DNA of 64,000 nucleotides from Desulfuromonadales bacterium (GCA_033549025.1 JAWSUS010000001.1:325689-389688); one strand, 5' to 3'. Numbered from the stretch's first letter, positions 23,191 through 35,804 are shown. Translations and numbers: made by a program. Notes: generated by a model not told the origin, from the letters alone.

Positions 23191-24531
23191 ATGATTATGG
23201 ATCTTTTTACCCACGGTTCCGAAGGCTTGAAAAGTGCCCCCCTGGCCGAACGGCTGCGCCCGCGCACTCTGGATGAAATGGTCGGCCAGGACCACCTGAT
23301 CGGCGAAGGAAAAATCCTGCGCAAACTCATCGAGGCTGACCAGGTCGCCTCCATCATCTTCTGGGGTCCGCCCGGCACGGGAAAAACGACGCTGGCCCAG
23401 GTCATCGCCAACACAACCCGCAGCCGCTTCGTTTTCTTTTCCGCCGTGATGCAGGGCATCAAGGATGTGCGCGAAATCGTTCAGAAAGCCCGGGAAGAAA
23501 AGTCCTACCACGGGCGCAAAACCCTGCTTTTCGTCGACGAGATTCACCGTTTCAACAAGGCCCAGCAGGATGCCTTTCTGCCTCATGTAGAGAAAGGGGA
23601 CATCATTCTCATTGGCGCCACAACCGAGAATCCCTCCTTTGAGGTGAATTCGGCTCTGCTGTCGCGCTCCCGGGTTTTTGTCCTGCAGGCTCTCAGTCCT
23701 GACGACATCCGCCTGCTGCTGACAAGGGCCCTGCAGGACGAACGCTGGCCGGAGGGACGCGGCCGGCAGATCGAACCGGACGCCCTCGACTTTCTGGCCG
23801 GACAGGCGCAGGGGGATGCGCGGGTCGCCCTGAACACGCTGGAACTGGCGGCGGCGACCGCCGCGGCCGACCAACGGATCACCCTGCAACTTCTGCAGGA
23901 GGTTCTGCAGAAGAAGCCCCTGCTCTACGACAAGGGTGCCGAAGAGCACTACAATGTCATATCCGCCTTCATCAAGAGCCTGCGCGGCTCAGATCCCGAC
24001 GGCGCCCTCTACTGGCTGGCCCGCATGATCGAGGCCGGCGAGGATCCCCTTTTCATCGTGCGCAGGCTGGTTATTTTCGCGACCGAAGATGTCGGCAACG
24101 CCGATCCCCGCGGGCTTCAACTCGCCGTCGCCACCATGCAGGCCCTCCAGTTCGTCGGCATGCCGGAAGGCCGGATTCCGCTGGCCCAGGCTGTCACCTA
24201 TCTGGCCACCGCGCCCAAAAGCAATGCCTCCTACAAGGGTATCAATGACGCGCTGGCAGAAGTACGCCAGAGCGGCGCCCTGCCCGTGCCTCTACATATC
24301 CGCAATGCCCCGACCGGCTTGATGAAAGAGCTGGGCTACGGCCAGGGATATCGCTACGCCCACGATTACGAAGGGGGATTCGCTCCGCAGCAGCATTTGC
24401 CTGACCAGTTGCAGGGACGGCAATTTTACCGCCCCCATGACCGCGGCTACGAAAAGATGATCGGTGAAAGGATGCGCCACTGGCGAGATCTGGCCGGCAA
24501 AACAGCCGGAGATGACACCGAAGAAAGCTGA
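23191..24531 (+). CDS. rarA: Replication-associated recombination protein A (MgsA/RarA)
   Basis: PLAERLRP, GPPGTGKT, DEIHRFNKAQQD, ISAFIKSLRGSDPD. Confidence 0.96.
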   Translation: MIMDLFTHGSEGLKSAPLAERLRPRTLDEMVGQDHLIGEGKILRKLIEADQVASIIFWGPPGTGKTTLAQVIANTTRSRFVFFSAVMQGIKDVREIVQKAREEKSYHGRKTLLFVDEIHRFNKAQQDAFLPHVEKGDIILIGATTENPSFEVNSALLSRSRVFVLQALSPDDIRLLLTRALQDERWPEGRGRQIEPDALDFLAGQAQGDARVALNTLELAAATAAADQRITLQLLQEVLQKKPLLYDKGAEEHYNVISAFIKSLRGSDPDGALYWLARMIEAGEDPLFIVRRLVIFATEDVGNADPRGLQLAVATMQALQFVGMPEGRIPLAQAVTYLATAPKSNASYKGINDALAEVRQSGALPVPLHIRNAPTGLMKELGYGQGYRYAHDYEGGFAPQQHLPDQLQGRQFYRPHDRGYEKMIGERMRHWRDLAGKTAGDDTEES

Positions 24532-24592
24532 GGCCCAGAGAGGCGGCCAGGCTGTTTTCTCCCTTTCCGACCACCGCCTGCCCCGTTAGCAC

Positions 24593-25606
24593 CTACTCCC
24601 AGACGCCCTCGATAGAGGTTCCACAGGCATCGCAGCGGCCCTGATCCAGGTGACTGGCATCGATACGATATCCCGCCCGTGAAATAATCTTTTTGCCACA
24701 GCCCGGGCAGAAGGTATTTTCACCCCCCTCGCCGGGCACATTGCCCTCATAGACATATTTCAACCCCGCCTCAAGCCCTATCTGCCTGGCACGCCGTAGG
24801 GTTTCCACGGGTGTGCGCGGCACATCCAGCATCTTGTAGGTCGGATAAAAAGCAGTCACATGCCAGGGAACCTGGGCGCCGAGTTCGTTATGAATAAAGC
24901 CGGCCAGGGCCCGCAACTCTTCATCGCTATCGTTGTGGCCGGGGATCAGCAGGGTGGTAACTTCCAGCCAGATACCCAGCCGCCGGTAGTCGCGCAGGGT
25001 ATCCAGCACCCCCTGCAGACGGGCTCCCGCCACTTCCCGGTAGAAATCCTCCGTAAAACCCTTGAGGTCGATATTGGCGGCATCGAGACAGGGGGCAATC
25101 CGTTCCAGCGCAGCGGTCCCCGTATAGCCATTGCTGACGAACACATTGCCGAGACCGGCTTCCTTGGCCAGCACGGCGGTGTCATAGGCATACTCGTAGA
25201 AGATGGTCGGTTCGGTATAGGTGTAGGAAATACTGCGGCATCCCGCCGCCAGCGCCCGCTGCACGAGGTCGGCTGGGGAGACTTTCTCGCCCGGCACCGC
25301 CCCCCTGGAAGCGCTCCACTGGGAGATGTCGTAATTCTGACAATGCTGGCAGTGGAAATTGCAGCCGACGGTGGCGATGGAATAGCTGGTGGAGCCTGGC
25401 AGATAATGAAAGAGAGGTTTTTTCTCGATGTGGTCGACGTTCTCGGCAATCAGCTTTTCATAGACAAGCGAGTAGAGAATGCCGTCGCGATTTTCTCGCA
25501 CCCCGCACAGGCCTCTTTTGCCGACGGCAATCAGGCACTGGTGGCGGCACAGGATGCAAAGGGTCTTGTTTCCCTCTTTTTTTTCCCAGAAGGCAGCTTC
25601 GCGCAT
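24593..25606 (-). CDS. amrS: AmmeMemoRadiSam system radical SAM enzyme
   Basis: IEKKPLFH, CNFHCQHC (CxxxCxxC), YTYTEP, NIDLKGF, C-terminal CPGC/CDAC. Confidence 0.88.
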   Translation of the reverse strand: MREAAFWEKKEGNKTLCILCRHQCLIAVGKRGLCGVRENRDGILYSLVYEKLIAENVDHIEKKPLFHYLPGSTSYSIATVGCNFHCQHCQNYDISQWSASRGAVPGEKVSPADLVQRALAAGCRSISYTYTEPTIFYEYAYDTAVLAKEAGLGNVFVSNGYTGTAALERIAPCLDAANIDLKGFTEDFYREVAGARLQGVLDTLRDYRRLGIWLEVTTLLIPGHNDSDEELRALAGFIHNELGAQVPWHVTAFYPTYKMLDVPRTPVETLRRARQIGLEAGLKYVYEGNVPGEGGENTFCPGCGKKIISRAGYRIDASHLDQGRCDACGTSIEGVWE

Positions 25607-25679
25607 GAGTCCCTCCCTGAAGTTTTCATTTCCTGCAGGAAGTATAGCAGACGCGAAAAACAACGGCGCCGTCCGGTCA

Positions 25680-26777
25680 TCAGAACTTGAAGCGCCTCAT
25701 ACTGACGTTGAGCAGCAAACCGGTTCCGATCATGGAGGTCACCATACTGGTGCCGCCGTAGGAAAAGAGGGGCAGCGGGACGCCGACGACGGGCAACAGG
25801 CCGATGACCATCCCCAGATTTACCACCATATGCCAGAACAGCATGGCCACCACGCCCAAGGCCAGAAACATGCCGAATTTATCGGCCGCGCGCCGGGCAA
25901 TATAGAGGCCCCAGATAATAATCAGCAGATAGAGCGCCAACAGGCCCAGGCTGCCGACAAAGCCCCACTCTTCGGCAAAGACGGAAAAAGCGAAGTCCGT
26001 GTGTCGTTCCGGCAGAAAAGAGAGCTGGGACTGGGTCCCCTTCATGAAGCCCTTGCCCCAGAACCCGCCACTGCCCACGGCGATCTTGGACTGGATAATG
26101 TGATAGCCGGAGCCCAGAGGATCTCGTTCGGGATTGAGAAAAGTATAGACCCGCTCCCGCTGGTAGTCATGCAGCAAAAACCAGCCCCCGCCGGCTCCCA
26201 GGATGCCCAGCACGGTCAAGCCGATAAGGGTGAGTCGCTGAATGCCGGCAAAGAGGGCAACAGTCAGGCCGATAAAGACGACCATCATCGACGTGCCCAG
26301 ATCGGGCTGCTTCATGATCAGCAGAACCGGTAGCGCCAGCAGGGAAAAAGGCGGGAGCAATTCTCTGAAATTATGGCCGAAAGCATGCCCTTTGCGGCTG
26401 AAATGGCATGCGAGGGTGATGATGATGACGATTTTCATGACCTCGCTCGGCTGCAGATTGAAAAAACCGAGATCGAGCCAGCGTGTGGCCCCCATGGAAG
26501 TCTTGCCGAACAAAAGGACACCGATCAGCAGCAGGACATTGGCCCCATAGAAAAAAAAACCCATATATTCGAGGTGACGATAATCGAACACACAAACGGT
26601 CAGGGCGATGACAATCCCCAAAGCAAACCAGTACATCTGCTTGATGTAGACAGGCGTTCCCCCGGAGGACCAGGAGGCGGTGGCGCTGTACAGGTTCATC
26701 ATGCCAATGGCGGCCACCAGGCAGACGAGGGCCAGAAAAAACCAGTCGAAGTGTGTCAACAGACGGCGGTCAAACAT
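25680..26777 (-). CDS. rodA: Rod shape-determining protein RodA (SEDS)
   Basis: GATRW, QPSE, QPDLGT, QSKIAVGSGG, PERHTDF, SYGGTS; follows mrdA. Confidence 0.96.
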   Translation of the reverse strand: MFDRRLLTHFDWFFLALVCLVAAIGMMNLYSATASWSSGGTPVYIKQMYWFALGIVIALTVCVFDYRHLEYMGFFFYGANVLLLIGVLLFGKTSMGATRWLDLGFFNLQPSEVMKIVIIITLACHFSRKGHAFGHNFRELLPPFSLLALPVLLIMKQPDLGTSMMVVFIGLTVALFAGIQRLTLIGLTVLGILGAGGGWFLLHDYQRERVYTFLNPERDPLGSGYHIIQSKIAVGSGGFWGKGFMKGTQSQLSFLPERHTDFAFSVFAEEWGFVGSLGLLALYLLIIIWGLYIARRAADKFGMFLALGVVAMLFWHMVVNLGMVIGLLPVVGVPLPLFSYGGTSMVTSMIGTGLLLNVSMRRFKF

Positions 26778-26782
26778 GGTGT

Positions 26783-28648
26783 TCAGTCTCCCGCATAGGG
26801 TACATTTTCGGGCTGGGGACCCACTTCCACCCCAAAATAGCTGGCAATCATTTCCATGGCGATGGGAGCGGCGACGGTGCTGCCATGCCGGCCGTGCTCA
26901 ACGACGACGGCAACGGCAATTTCGGGCGCCTCGGCCGGCGCATAGGCCACAAAAAGGGCGTGATCCCGAAAACGGTAGGGGATCTTCTCCTCATCATCCT
27001 CCTGGTCATCATCGTCTTTGAGACGGACAACCTGAGCGGTTCCCGTCTTCCCGGCCACCTTCACGCCTTCAAGCTTACGGGACCAGGCCGTGCCTCCCGG
27101 TTCGTTCACCGCCGCCACCAGCCCGGTGTGCACCGCCATCAGGTCTTTTTGGGAAAAAGGAGTCGATTTGAGAATTTCGGGAGAATGGTCCTCCAGCACA
27201 TTGCCGACAAGATCAACAACCTTCTTGACGACCTGCGGGCGATACACGGTACCGCCATTGGCCATGGTCGCCGTCATGACCGCCAGCTGCAGGGGCGTTG
27301 TCAGCACATAGCCCTGTCCGATAGAGGCGATGACCGTTTCACCGTCGTACCAGGGGGCGCCGAATCGCCGGCGCTTCCAGTCCCTCGTCGGTATCAGTCC
27401 GGCCTTCTCCCCTTCGAGGTCGAGGCCCAGCGCGCTGCCCAGGCCCAGATCCATGGCCGTTTCGGAAAGCCGATCGATACCGAGATCCTGCGCAACCTGG
27501 TAAAACCAGACATCACAGCTTTCTTTCAGCGCCTTTTTGAGGTTCGTTTTACCGTGCCCTCTCCTCTTCCAGCAGCGAAATTCCCTATCGCCCACCTCGA
27601 GCTTCCCCGTGCAGTTAACCGAAGTCGACGCGGTGATCAGTCCCGATTTCAAGGCCGCCAGGGCAGACACAATCTTGAAGGTCGAGCCGGGGGGATACTG
27701 CCCGGTTATCGCCTTGTTCTGCAGAGGATGGCGGGGATCCTTCAGAAGGGCGATCCACTCTTCGGAACTTATGCCCTGAGCGAAGGTATCCGGGTTGAAG
27801 GAGGGGCGACTGACCAGAGCCAAAACCTCGCCGGAGTGAACATCCAGCACGACGGCGGCCCCGGCATGGTCTTCAAAAGCCGCTTCGGCCGCCAGTTGCA
27901 GATCCCGCTTGATCGTCAGATAGACCCGATTGCCCGGAAAGGGATCCCGGGTCTGGAGACTGCGAAGGAGCTTGCCCCTGACGTTGACCTCAAGTCGCTG
28001 CTGCCCCTCATGGCCGCGCAAGGTGCTTTCCAGGCGTTTTTCAATCCCGCTTTTACCGACAAATTCACCGGACCGGTATCCGGAAAAGTCCTGGCTGCGC
28101 AATTGCTGCTCGGTAATCTCTCCCAGATAGCCGAACAGATGAGCACCGATTTCCTGATAAGGATAAGTCCGGTTGGGACGAACGACGGTGAGCAAGCCAG
28201 GTAGATCAGAGGCGTTTTCCTGAATGACTTCCATGCGGTCGCGGCCAATGTCTTCCGCTAAAGGCAAGGGCCGGTAGGCAGGCAGACGCCTCCCCTTTTG
28301 GTAGCGTTCGTGCAGGATGACCACATCCTCATCCAGGTAACCGGCAAGGGTTTCCAGCAGAAGATCCACGTCTTCTACGTCCTGACGCAGCACAGAGACC
28401 CCGAAAGCAGGCCGGTTATCGACCAAGAGGAGACCGTCACGATCATAGATGGCCCCTCGCGGCGCTTCCACCGGGATGTAACGCAAGCGGTTCTTTTCCG
28501 AAAGCTCAAGGTAGGAATCGGCACTGATCACCTGCAAGTACCATAAGCGCATCAGCAGCAGCAGGAAAAAAGCCCCTGCCGCAAGGGAAATGATCACGAA
28601 ACGTTTTTTGAGGCCGGGAGTTTCCGACCAGCCGGCATTGAGCCCCAT
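26783..28648 (-). CDS. mrdA: Penicillin-binding protein 2
   Basis: RGAIYDR, STFK (SxxK), SCD, KTGTAQ; in the mre operon. Confidence 0.96.
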   Translation of the reverse strand: MGLNAGWSETPGLKKRFVIISLAAGAFFLLLLMRLWYLQVISADSYLELSEKNRLRYIPVEAPRGAIYDRDGLLLVDNRPAFGVSVLRQDVEDVDLLLETLAGYLDEDVVILHERYQKGRRLPAYRPLPLAEDIGRDRMEVIQENASDLPGLLTVVRPNRTYPYQEIGAHLFGYLGEITEQQLRSQDFSGYRSGEFVGKSGIEKRLESTLRGHEGQQRLEVNVRGKLLRSLQTRDPFPGNRVYLTIKRDLQLAAEAAFEDHAGAAVVLDVHSGEVLALVSRPSFNPDTFAQGISSEEWIALLKDPRHPLQNKAITGQYPPGSTFKIVSALAALKSGLITASTSVNCTGKLEVGDREFRCWKRRGHGKTNLKKALKESCDVWFYQVAQDLGIDRLSETAMDLGLGSALGLDLEGEKAGLIPTRDWKRRRFGAPWYDGETVIASIGQGYVLTTPLQLAVMTATMANGGTVYRPQVVKKVVDLVGNVLEDHSPEILKSTPFSQKDLMAVHTGLVAAVNEPGGTAWSRKLEGVKVAGKTGTAQVVRLKDDDDQEDDEEKIPYRFRDHALFVAYAPAEAPEIAVAVVVEHGRHGSTVAAPIAMEMIASYFGVEVGPQPENVPYAGD

Positions 28649-28653
28649 AGCAA

Positions 28654-29178
28654 TTATCTCAGCTTCTGCAGCCCGGGAATACTCTCACGGGGGAAAAAGC
28701 GTTTTTGAATCCACAGCACGCCACTGAGCAGCAGCCAGGTGGCGGCAAAATTGAGGATCGCCTGGGGCAGCAGGCGCCACAGGATCAGGCTGCCGACAGG
28801 CCCGGCGTGAGCGAAAAACTTCAGGGAAAAGACCAGCAGCCCCCCTTCGATAAAGGTGCCGGCGAAGACCATGAGCAGAAGGAGCAGAGAGTTTTCGGTA
28901 TTGAAGCGATCGACCGTTCCGCGGACAAGGAGGAAGATAACCAGCAGGACAAAACCGTGCAGGCCCAGATAATGTCCGGCAAAGACATCAAAGAGGCAGC
29001 CCAGCACAAAGGCCAGCAGACTGCCGCGAATATAGTTTTCCAGCAGGCCGACATAGACGACCAGAATCAGGAGCAGGTCGGGCTCCAGTCGGAAAGGAAG
29101 AAGAGCGGGCAATAGTGAGGTCTGCAAAAGGATAAAGAGGTAGCCGATCAAAAAGTAGACGTAAACGGCTTTACTCAT
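28654..29178 (-). CDS. mreD: Rod shape-determining protein MreD
   Basis: Hydrophobic; PDLLLIL and GCLFD; lies between mreC and mrdA. Confidence 0.9.
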   Translation of the reverse strand: MSKAVYVYFLIGYLFILLQTSLLPALLPFRLEPDLLLILVVYVGLLENYIRGSLLAFVLGCLFDVFAGHYLGLHGFVLLVIFLLVRGTVDRFNTENSLLLLLMVFAGTFIEGGLLVFSLKFFAHAGPVGSLILWRLLPQAILNFAATWLLLSGVLWIQKRFFPRESIPGLQKLR

Positions 29179-29993
29179 GCGTCTTCCTTTAACAGGACCA
29201 GAACCTCTTCGAGCTGGTCAAAATCGACAAAGGGAGCGATCTCCACTTCCTGAAACATCCGGTAGCCTTCGCGAGCCACCTGGGTCACCGTGCCAAGGAC
29301 AATCCCCTTGGGGAATATCCCGCCCATACCCGAACTGATGATACGGTCGCCAATGACCACATCCTGGTCCCGCAAGGCGTATTCAAAGGACAGGTTGTCG
29401 CCCCGACCACGAGCGACGCCGCGGGTGCGGCTTCGCTGCACGAGGGAGGCAACAGCCGATGAGGGGTCGGTGACGAGCAGCACCCGGGCATACCCGGGTG
29501 CGACCGCGATAATCCTCCCGACGGCTCCTTCGGGAACCACGACAGCGAGCCCCTCGGTGACACCGTCGGCAGAACCCCGGTCGATGACCACCGTACGGAA
29601 CCAGCCGGAGGCATCCTCGCCGATGACGCGGGCGGGAAGAGCCGGCATCTGAATGTCCTCGCGAAAATTCAGAAGGGTGCGAAGCCTTTCGTTGCTCAGA
29701 CGAACTTCCTCGAGCTGGTCGAGAGCCGCCTTAAGACGCCGGTTTTCCTGCAGCAGCTCACGATTTTCTTCTTCGGTCCGCACCAGCCAGAGGTAACGGC
29801 TCCAGGTATCGGCAACCGAGGTTACCAGGCCATCCATCCCCTTCTGCAAGGGGCCGGTAAAGACCAGTACCATCTTTTCGAACAGCGTGGTGCGCGCCTG
29901 AGTGCGCAAATGAGTGGAGTAAAAGAGCAGCGCCGAAAGAACAAAGACGCAGAGAAGGAGAAGAGTCCTGTATTTTTTAAACAGATCCAGCAT
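29175..29993 (-). CDS. mreC: Rod shape-determining protein MreC
   Basis: ENRRLK/NERLR coiled coil, IDRGSADGV, SSGMGGIFPKGI. Confidence 0.95.
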   Translation of the reverse strand: MLDLFKKYRTLLLLCVFVLSALLFYSTHLRTQARTTLFEKMVLVFTGPLQKGMDGLVTSVADTWSRYLWLVRTEEENRELLQENRRLKAALDQLEEVRLSNERLRTLLNFREDIQMPALPARVIGEDASGWFRTVVIDRGSADGVTEGLAVVVPEGAVGRIIAVAPGYARVLLVTDPSSAVASLVQRSRTRGVARGRGDNLSFEYALRDQDVVIGDRIISSGMGGIFPKGIVLGTVTQVAREGYRMFQEVEIAPFVDFDQLEEVLVLLKEDA

Positions 29994-30015
29994 GGAAGTC
30001 CGGACTTATGACAGG

Positions 30016-30044
30016 AAAGAAAAGGAGGGCATGCAGCCCTCCTT
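30016..30044 (-). terminator. Hairpin between mreB and mreC (possible partial terminator)
   Basis: AAGGAGGGC-atgca-GCCCTCCTT (30022-30044) with an A-rich flank on the + strand. Confidence 0.5.
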
Positions 30045-30090
30045 GACGACGGGAAATTGGGCGAGTCACCGCAGAGGGCTCACCCCTGTC

Positions 30091-31182
<1,092 letters not shown>

Positions 31183-31246
31183 TTAAAATGCCGCTTACAC
31201 TACCAAAAGCACAAGGTTTTTTCAAGCCAATAAACCGAAAAAGTTA

Positions 31247-31275
31247 TTGCATTTCCACCCCTGATTGTCTAACAT
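31247..31275 (+). promoter_or_regulatory. Putative sigma70 promoter for the foldase-purC genes
   Basis: TTGCAT-N17-TAACAT ending 50 nt upstream of ATG 31326. Confidence 0.5.
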
Positions 31276-31325
31276 GCGCCCTGTTCCTTAGACCTCATTA
31301 AACCGCCTGAAGGAGAGGTTCGTCA

Positions 31326-33263
31326 ATGCTTGATTTGATTCGCAAAAAACAGAAATCCACCATCGTTAAACTCGTTTTCTGGGCCATTATCGCCACATTC
31401 GTGGGAACCATCTTCCTCGTCTGGGGAAAAGGGGACGACGGCCGCGACGAGACCCCAGCGGTCGCCATCTCAGTCAATGGCACGGACATCAGCTACAACG
31501 AATACCAGAACGCCTACAACGATCTCTACCAGCTTTACCAGAATATCTATCGTGATCAGTTTACGCCGGCTCTGGAGAAACAGCTTGGCATCAGGAAACA
31601 GGTCGTCGAATCCCTGATCGACGAAACCCTCCTGTTGCAGGAAGCCAAAAAACTCAAAATCAGCGTGAGCCAAAAAGAGCTGGTCGACTCCATCGCCACC
31701 ATCCCCGCCTTCCAGGACAATGGGATCTTCAACAAAGAGCGCTACCTGCAGGTTCTGTCCTACCAGCGCCTCTCGCCTGAAGATTTTGAAGCCCTGCAGA
31801 AACAGCAGCTGCTCATCGCCAAGGCTCAGGCGAAAATCCAGGAAGGCGTCAGCGTCTCCGATGAGGACATCGAGCAGGAGTACCGGGATCAGAACGAAAA
31901 GGTCAATCTGGTCTTTGCCAAATCGCCTCCAGCCCTGTTTGAACACAAAGTCAAGGTCGGCTCCGAGGAACTCGAAGCTTTCTTTACTGACAACCGCGAG
32001 GAATTCCGCGTTTCCGAAACGATCTCCCTGCAATATCTGCAATTCGACCCCACTCGCTTTGCTGACAAGGTCACGTTTACCGACGAGGATCTGGAAAGAT
32101 ACTACCGGCGGCATCTGGACCTCTTTGAAATCAATGAACAGGCGAAAATTTCGCATATCCTGATCAAAGCGGCGGCGGGAACTTCGTCTGATTTGCTGGA
32201 AAAGAAGCGGCAGCTGGCTCAAAAAATTCTGGACGAGATTCGCGCCGGAAAGGACTTTTCCACCCTGGCCCGCAAACACTCCGACGACGCCCGTACCGCG
32301 CCCAATGGCGGCTCAATGGGCTACATCACCCGCGATCAGGCCAACAGGGAATTTGCCGAGGCGGCTTTCGCCCTTAAACCCGGCGACCTCAGCGAAGTCG
32401 TGCAAACCCCCGAAGGTTTTCACATCATTCGCAGCGAGGGCTACATCGAGGCGGGCATCAAACCTTTCGCCGATGTTCTGGATGAAATCAAAGCGGGCCT
32501 GAAAGTGGAAAAATCCCAACAGATGGCCATGGAAGCGGCCATGGATGCCTACAACATCAATCGCAAGAGCGGCGACCTGGCTGCAGCAGCGGCTGCCAAC
32601 GACCTCGACCTTCAGGAAACCGGTTTCTTTTCTCGCCAGGAGGCCATTGACGGTCTCGGCATGGTCCCCGAGATTTCGGGCGTAGCCTTTACCCTTGAAG
32701 AGAAGGAACTCGCCCGCCCTGTCATTGTCTCCGGCAAAATTATTCTCTACGGGGTCAAGGAAAAGCGTCCCTCCCGACTGCCCGAATTGGCCGAGGTGCA
32801 ACAACAGGTCGAGATGGCCTTTCGCCAGGGAAAAAGCCGCGAATTGGCCCAGGAAAGTGCCCAAAAAGTCCTGAAGGGCATCGAGTCCGGAAAATCGTTG
32901 TCATCCCAGGCGGCACAGCAAGGGCTTCCCGTCGAAGAGACCGGCTTCTTCACCCGGTCCTACGGAGCCTTCGTCCCCCGGATCGGCGACCTCACTGAAC
33001 TGGCGCAAGCCGCCTTCACTCTCACCAAAGAGAAACCGGCAGCGCCCGAAGTCTACACCACCAACGGTCAATACCTGGTCTCCGCCCTGAAAAACCGCCA
33101 GGAGGCTGACATGGATGCCTTGACTCCCGCCATACGAGACACCCTCAGGGAAACCCTGCTGGCGCGAAAACAAGAGCAAAAGCTGGCGGAAACACTTGAA
33201 AGCCTGCGGGAGCAATCGGAAATCACCATCGCCCCCACCATTCTTAGCGACCTTAAAGATTAA
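31326..33263 (+). CDS. PpiD/SurA-like parvulin peptidyl-prolyl isomerase
   Basis: N-terminal TM anchor, SurA_N-like region, SHILI...[11 protein letters not shown]...GGSMG...GFHII rotamase. Confidence 0.88.
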   Translation: MLDLIRKKQKSTIVKLVFWAIIATFVGTIFLVWGKGDDGRDETPAVAISVNGTDISYNEYQNAYNDLYQLYQNIYRDQFTPALEKQLGIRKQVVESLIDETLLLQEAKKLKISVSQKELVDSIATIPAFQDNGIFNKERYLQVLSYQRLSPEDFEALQKQQLLIAKAQAKIQEGVSVSDEDIEQEYRDQNEKVNLVFAKSPPALFEHKVKVGSEELEAFFTDNREEFRVSETISLQYLQFDPTRFADKVTFTDEDLERYYRRHLDLFEINEQAKISHILIKAAAGTSSDLLEKKRQLAQKILDEIRAGKDFSTLARKHSDDARTAPNGGSMGYITRDQANREFAEAAFALKPGDLSEVVQTPEGFHIIRSEGYIEAGIKPFADVLDEIKAGLKVEKSQQMAMEAAMDAYNINRKSGDLAAAAAANDLDLQETGFFSRQEAIDGLGMVPEISGVAFTLEEKELARPVIVSGKIILYGVKEKRPSRLPELAEVQQQVEMAFRQGKSRELAQESAQKVLKGIESGKSLSSQAAQQGLPVEETGFFTRSYGAFVPRIGDLTELAQAAFTLTKEKPAAPEVYTTNGQYLVSALKNRQEADMDALTPAIRDTLRETLLARKQEQKLAETLESLREQSEITIAPTILSDLKD

Positions 33264-33277
33264 AGAGGAGTAAGGCC

Positions 33278-34168
33278 ATGACGCCGGTCTTAATGCAAGC
33301 CAACTGCCCCGATCTTAAACTGGTCAATCGCGGCAAGGTCCGTGACATCTTTGACCTTGGTGAACATCTCTTGATCGTCACCAGCGACCGTATCTCCGCC
33401 TTTGACGTGATCATGAACGAAGGGATCCCCAACAAGGGTTTCGTACTGACCCAGATTTCCAAATTCTGGTTCGACCAGATGCAGGACATCATCCCCAATC
33501 ACGTTATCGCCACGGATATAGCGGAGTTTCCTTCGGAAACCCACAAATATCGTGACCAGCTCGAAGGGCGCAGCATGCTGGTCAAAAAGGCCAAGCCCCT
33601 GCCTGTCGAGTGTATTGTGCGTGGCTACATTTCCGGGTCAGGCTGGAAGGAATACCAGAAGCAGGGAAGCATCTGCGGCATTCCCCTGCCGGCAGGACTG
33701 GTGGAAAGCCAACAGCTGCCCACTCCCATTTTCACCCCTTCCACCAAGGCCGAGCTTGGCGAGCATGACGAAAACATCTCCTTCGACAAGGTCGTAGAGC
33801 TCTGCGGCCTTGAAATGGCCGAAGCGGTTCGCAAGGCCACCTTGGCCATTTACGAAAGAGCTCGCAACATTGCCGACGGCAAGGGCATCATCATCGCCGA
33901 CACCAAGTTCGAATTCGGTCTCTACGAGGGAGAACTGATCTGGATTGATGAAGCGCTCTCGCCTGACTCCTCCCGCTTCTGGCCCAAGGACCAGTATCAG
34001 CCAGGCGGCGCCCAACCCAGCTTCGACAAGCAGTTTCTGAGGGACTACCTGGAAACCCTCGACTGGGGTAAAAAGGCGCCAGCCCCCAGTCTGCCCGAAG
34101 AAATCGTCCGCAAAACCGGGGAGAAATACATGGAAGCACTCACCCGGCTGACCGGTATTTCCCTGTAA
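33278..34168 (+). CDS. purC: SAICAR synthetase
   Basis: [41 protein letters not shown]. Confidence 0.97.
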   Translation: MTPVLMQANCPDLKLVNRGKVRDIFDLGEHLLIVTSDRISAFDVIMNEGIPNKGFVLTQISKFWFDQMQDIIPNHVIATDIAEFPSETHKYRDQLEGRSMLVKKAKPLPVECIVRGYISGSGWKEYQKQGSICGIPLPAGLVESQQLPTPIFTPSTKAELGEHDENISFDKVVELCGLEMAEAVRKATLAIYERARNIADGKGIIIADTKFEFGLYEGELIWIDEALSPDSSRFWPKDQYQPGGAQPSFDKQFLRDYLETLDWGKKAPAPSLPEEIVRKTGEKYMEALTRLTGISL

Positions 34169-34188
34169 GGCGACACACTGACGCTACT

Positions 34189-34219
34189 CAAAAGCCGGGG
34201 TTTTCCTCCGGCTTTTTTG
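34189..34219 (+). terminator. Intrinsic terminator after purC
   Basis: AAAAGCCGG...CCGGCTTTTTT hairpin. Confidence 0.8.
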
Positions 34220-34284
34220 TTTAACACTTTCACAGCCATTGCTCCACCCGCAACCGGCCATATCACTCTTTTCGGAGGCACTCC

Positions 34285-35571
34285 ATGCTCGAGAAGCTGT
34301 TTCATTTGCATCAGCACGGCACCAATGTCCGCACGGAAATCACTGCCGGCGTCACCACCTTTCTCACCGGGGCATACATCATTTTCGTGCATCCCTCCAT
34401 GCTGGCTCAGGCTGGCATGGACAAAGGGGCACTGACCACCGTAACCTGCCTGGCAGCGGCACTGGCCACTCTTCTTGTGGCTTTGTGGGCCAACGCCCCC
34501 CTCATGATGGCCCCCGGAATGGGCCTCAACGCTTTTTTTACCTACGCCCTCGTCCTGGGACAAGGCGTTCCCTGGCAGACTGCCCTGGGCGTGGTCTTTC
34601 TCTCCGGCGTCTTTTTCCTCATTCTCACCTGGCTGGGCGTACGGGAGCGCATCGTTCATGCCATTCCCCTTTCGCTACGTCTGGCCACCTCGGTTGGCAT
34701 CGGTCTGTTTATTGCGTTCATCGGCATGCAGAATCTCGGGCTGATTGTCAAAAGCGAGGCGGTCCTGGTACAACTGGGGACATTCACCCCCATGGCCGTT
34801 CTTGGGCTCATCGGCCTCCTGCTGGCGATCATCTTGGAGATCAGACGCATTCGAGGTTCCATCCTGCTGGCCATTCTCATCACGGCCGGGATTGGCATGG
34901 TTCTGAAAATATCGCCGCTGCCCAGCGCCCTAATGGCCATCCCCCCTTCTCCGGCTCCCCTCGCCTTTCAACTGGACATACTGGCCGCTCTCAAAATTTC
35001 CATGTGGGCCAGTATTTTTTCTTTCATGTTTGTCGACCTCTTTGACAGCCTGGGAACCATGCTGGCCGTTTGTCGCGAGGCCGGCATGGCGGACAAGGAT
35101 GGCAACATTCCCGGACTGCCAAAGATGCTTACAGCCGACGCCATGGCGACCATTGGCGGTGCCCTGCTGGGAACCAGCACGACCACGACCTATGTGGAAT
35201 CGGCCAGCGGAGTTTCCGATGGCGGACGCACCGGCCTCACCAGCGTCGTCACCGCCCTTCTTTTTCTTCTGGCCCTGTTTTTTACCCCGATCATCGCCGC
35301 TGTACCCGCCTATGCCACGGCACCTGCCTTGATCCTGGTGGGGATATTTATGATGCGTGGAATCGGACAGGTCGATTTTTATCAGTTCGAGGAAGGGGCA
35401 CCGGCATTTCTGACCTTCAGCCTCATGCCGCTGACCTACTCCATCGCGACGGGACTGGCTTTCGGGCTTATTTCCTATGTTCTCATCAAACTTTGCCTGG
35501 GCAAAATTCGCGAATGCGATCCCTTTTTGATAGGGGCCGCTATCTTTTCCCTGGTCAGCCTGACCCTCTAG
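34285..35571 (+). CDS. NCS2/AzgA-family purine permease
   Basis: TEITAGVTTF, APGMGLNAFF, DLFDSLGT, YVESASGV, GGRTG. Confidence 0.92.
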   Translation: MLEKLFHLHQHGTNVRTEITAGVTTFLTGAYIIFVHPSMLAQAGMDKGALTTVTCLAAALATLLVALWANAPLMMAPGMGLNAFFTYALVLGQGVPWQTALGVVFLSGVFFLILTWLGVRERIVHAIPLSLRLATSVGIGLFIAFIGMQNLGLIVKSEAVLVQLGTFTPMAVLGLIGLLLAIILEIRRIRGSILLAILITAGIGMVLKISPLPSALMAIPPSPAPLAFQLDILAALKISMWASIFSFMFVDLFDSLGTMLAVCREAGMADKDGNIPGLPKMLTADAMATIGGALLGTSTTTTYVESASGVSDGGRTGLTSVVTALLFLLALFFTPIIAAVPAYATAPALILVGIFMMRGIGQVDFYQFEEGAPAFLTFSLMPLTYSIATGLAFGLISYVLIKLCLGKIRECDPFLIGAAIFSLVSLTL

Positions 35572-35626
35572 GGAAACCGAATCGCAAGGCGAAGATGCAC
35601 CTATCGAAAATATCTTAAAAAACCTG

Positions 35627-35656
35627 TTGACAGTCATCGATCCGTTTTGATATAAA
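35627..35656 (+). promoter_or_regulatory. Sigma70 promoter of tRNA-Ala
   Basis: TTGACA-N18-TATAAA with extended TG, 15 nt upstream of the tRNA. Confidence 0.75.
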
Positions 35657-35671
35657 GTGCTCCGTCAACAA

Positions 35672-35747
<76 letters not shown>

Positions 35748-35755
35748 AGAAAATC

Positions 35756-35789
35756 AAAGGGTTAGCTGATATATCAGCTAGCCCTTTTT
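35756..35789 (+). terminator. Terminator after the tRNA
   Basis: AAAGGGTTAGCTGAT/ATCAGCTAGCCCTTT hairpin with one G-U pair, followed by Ts. Confidence 0.75.
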
Positions 35790-35804
35790 GGTTTTTATGG
35801 TTTG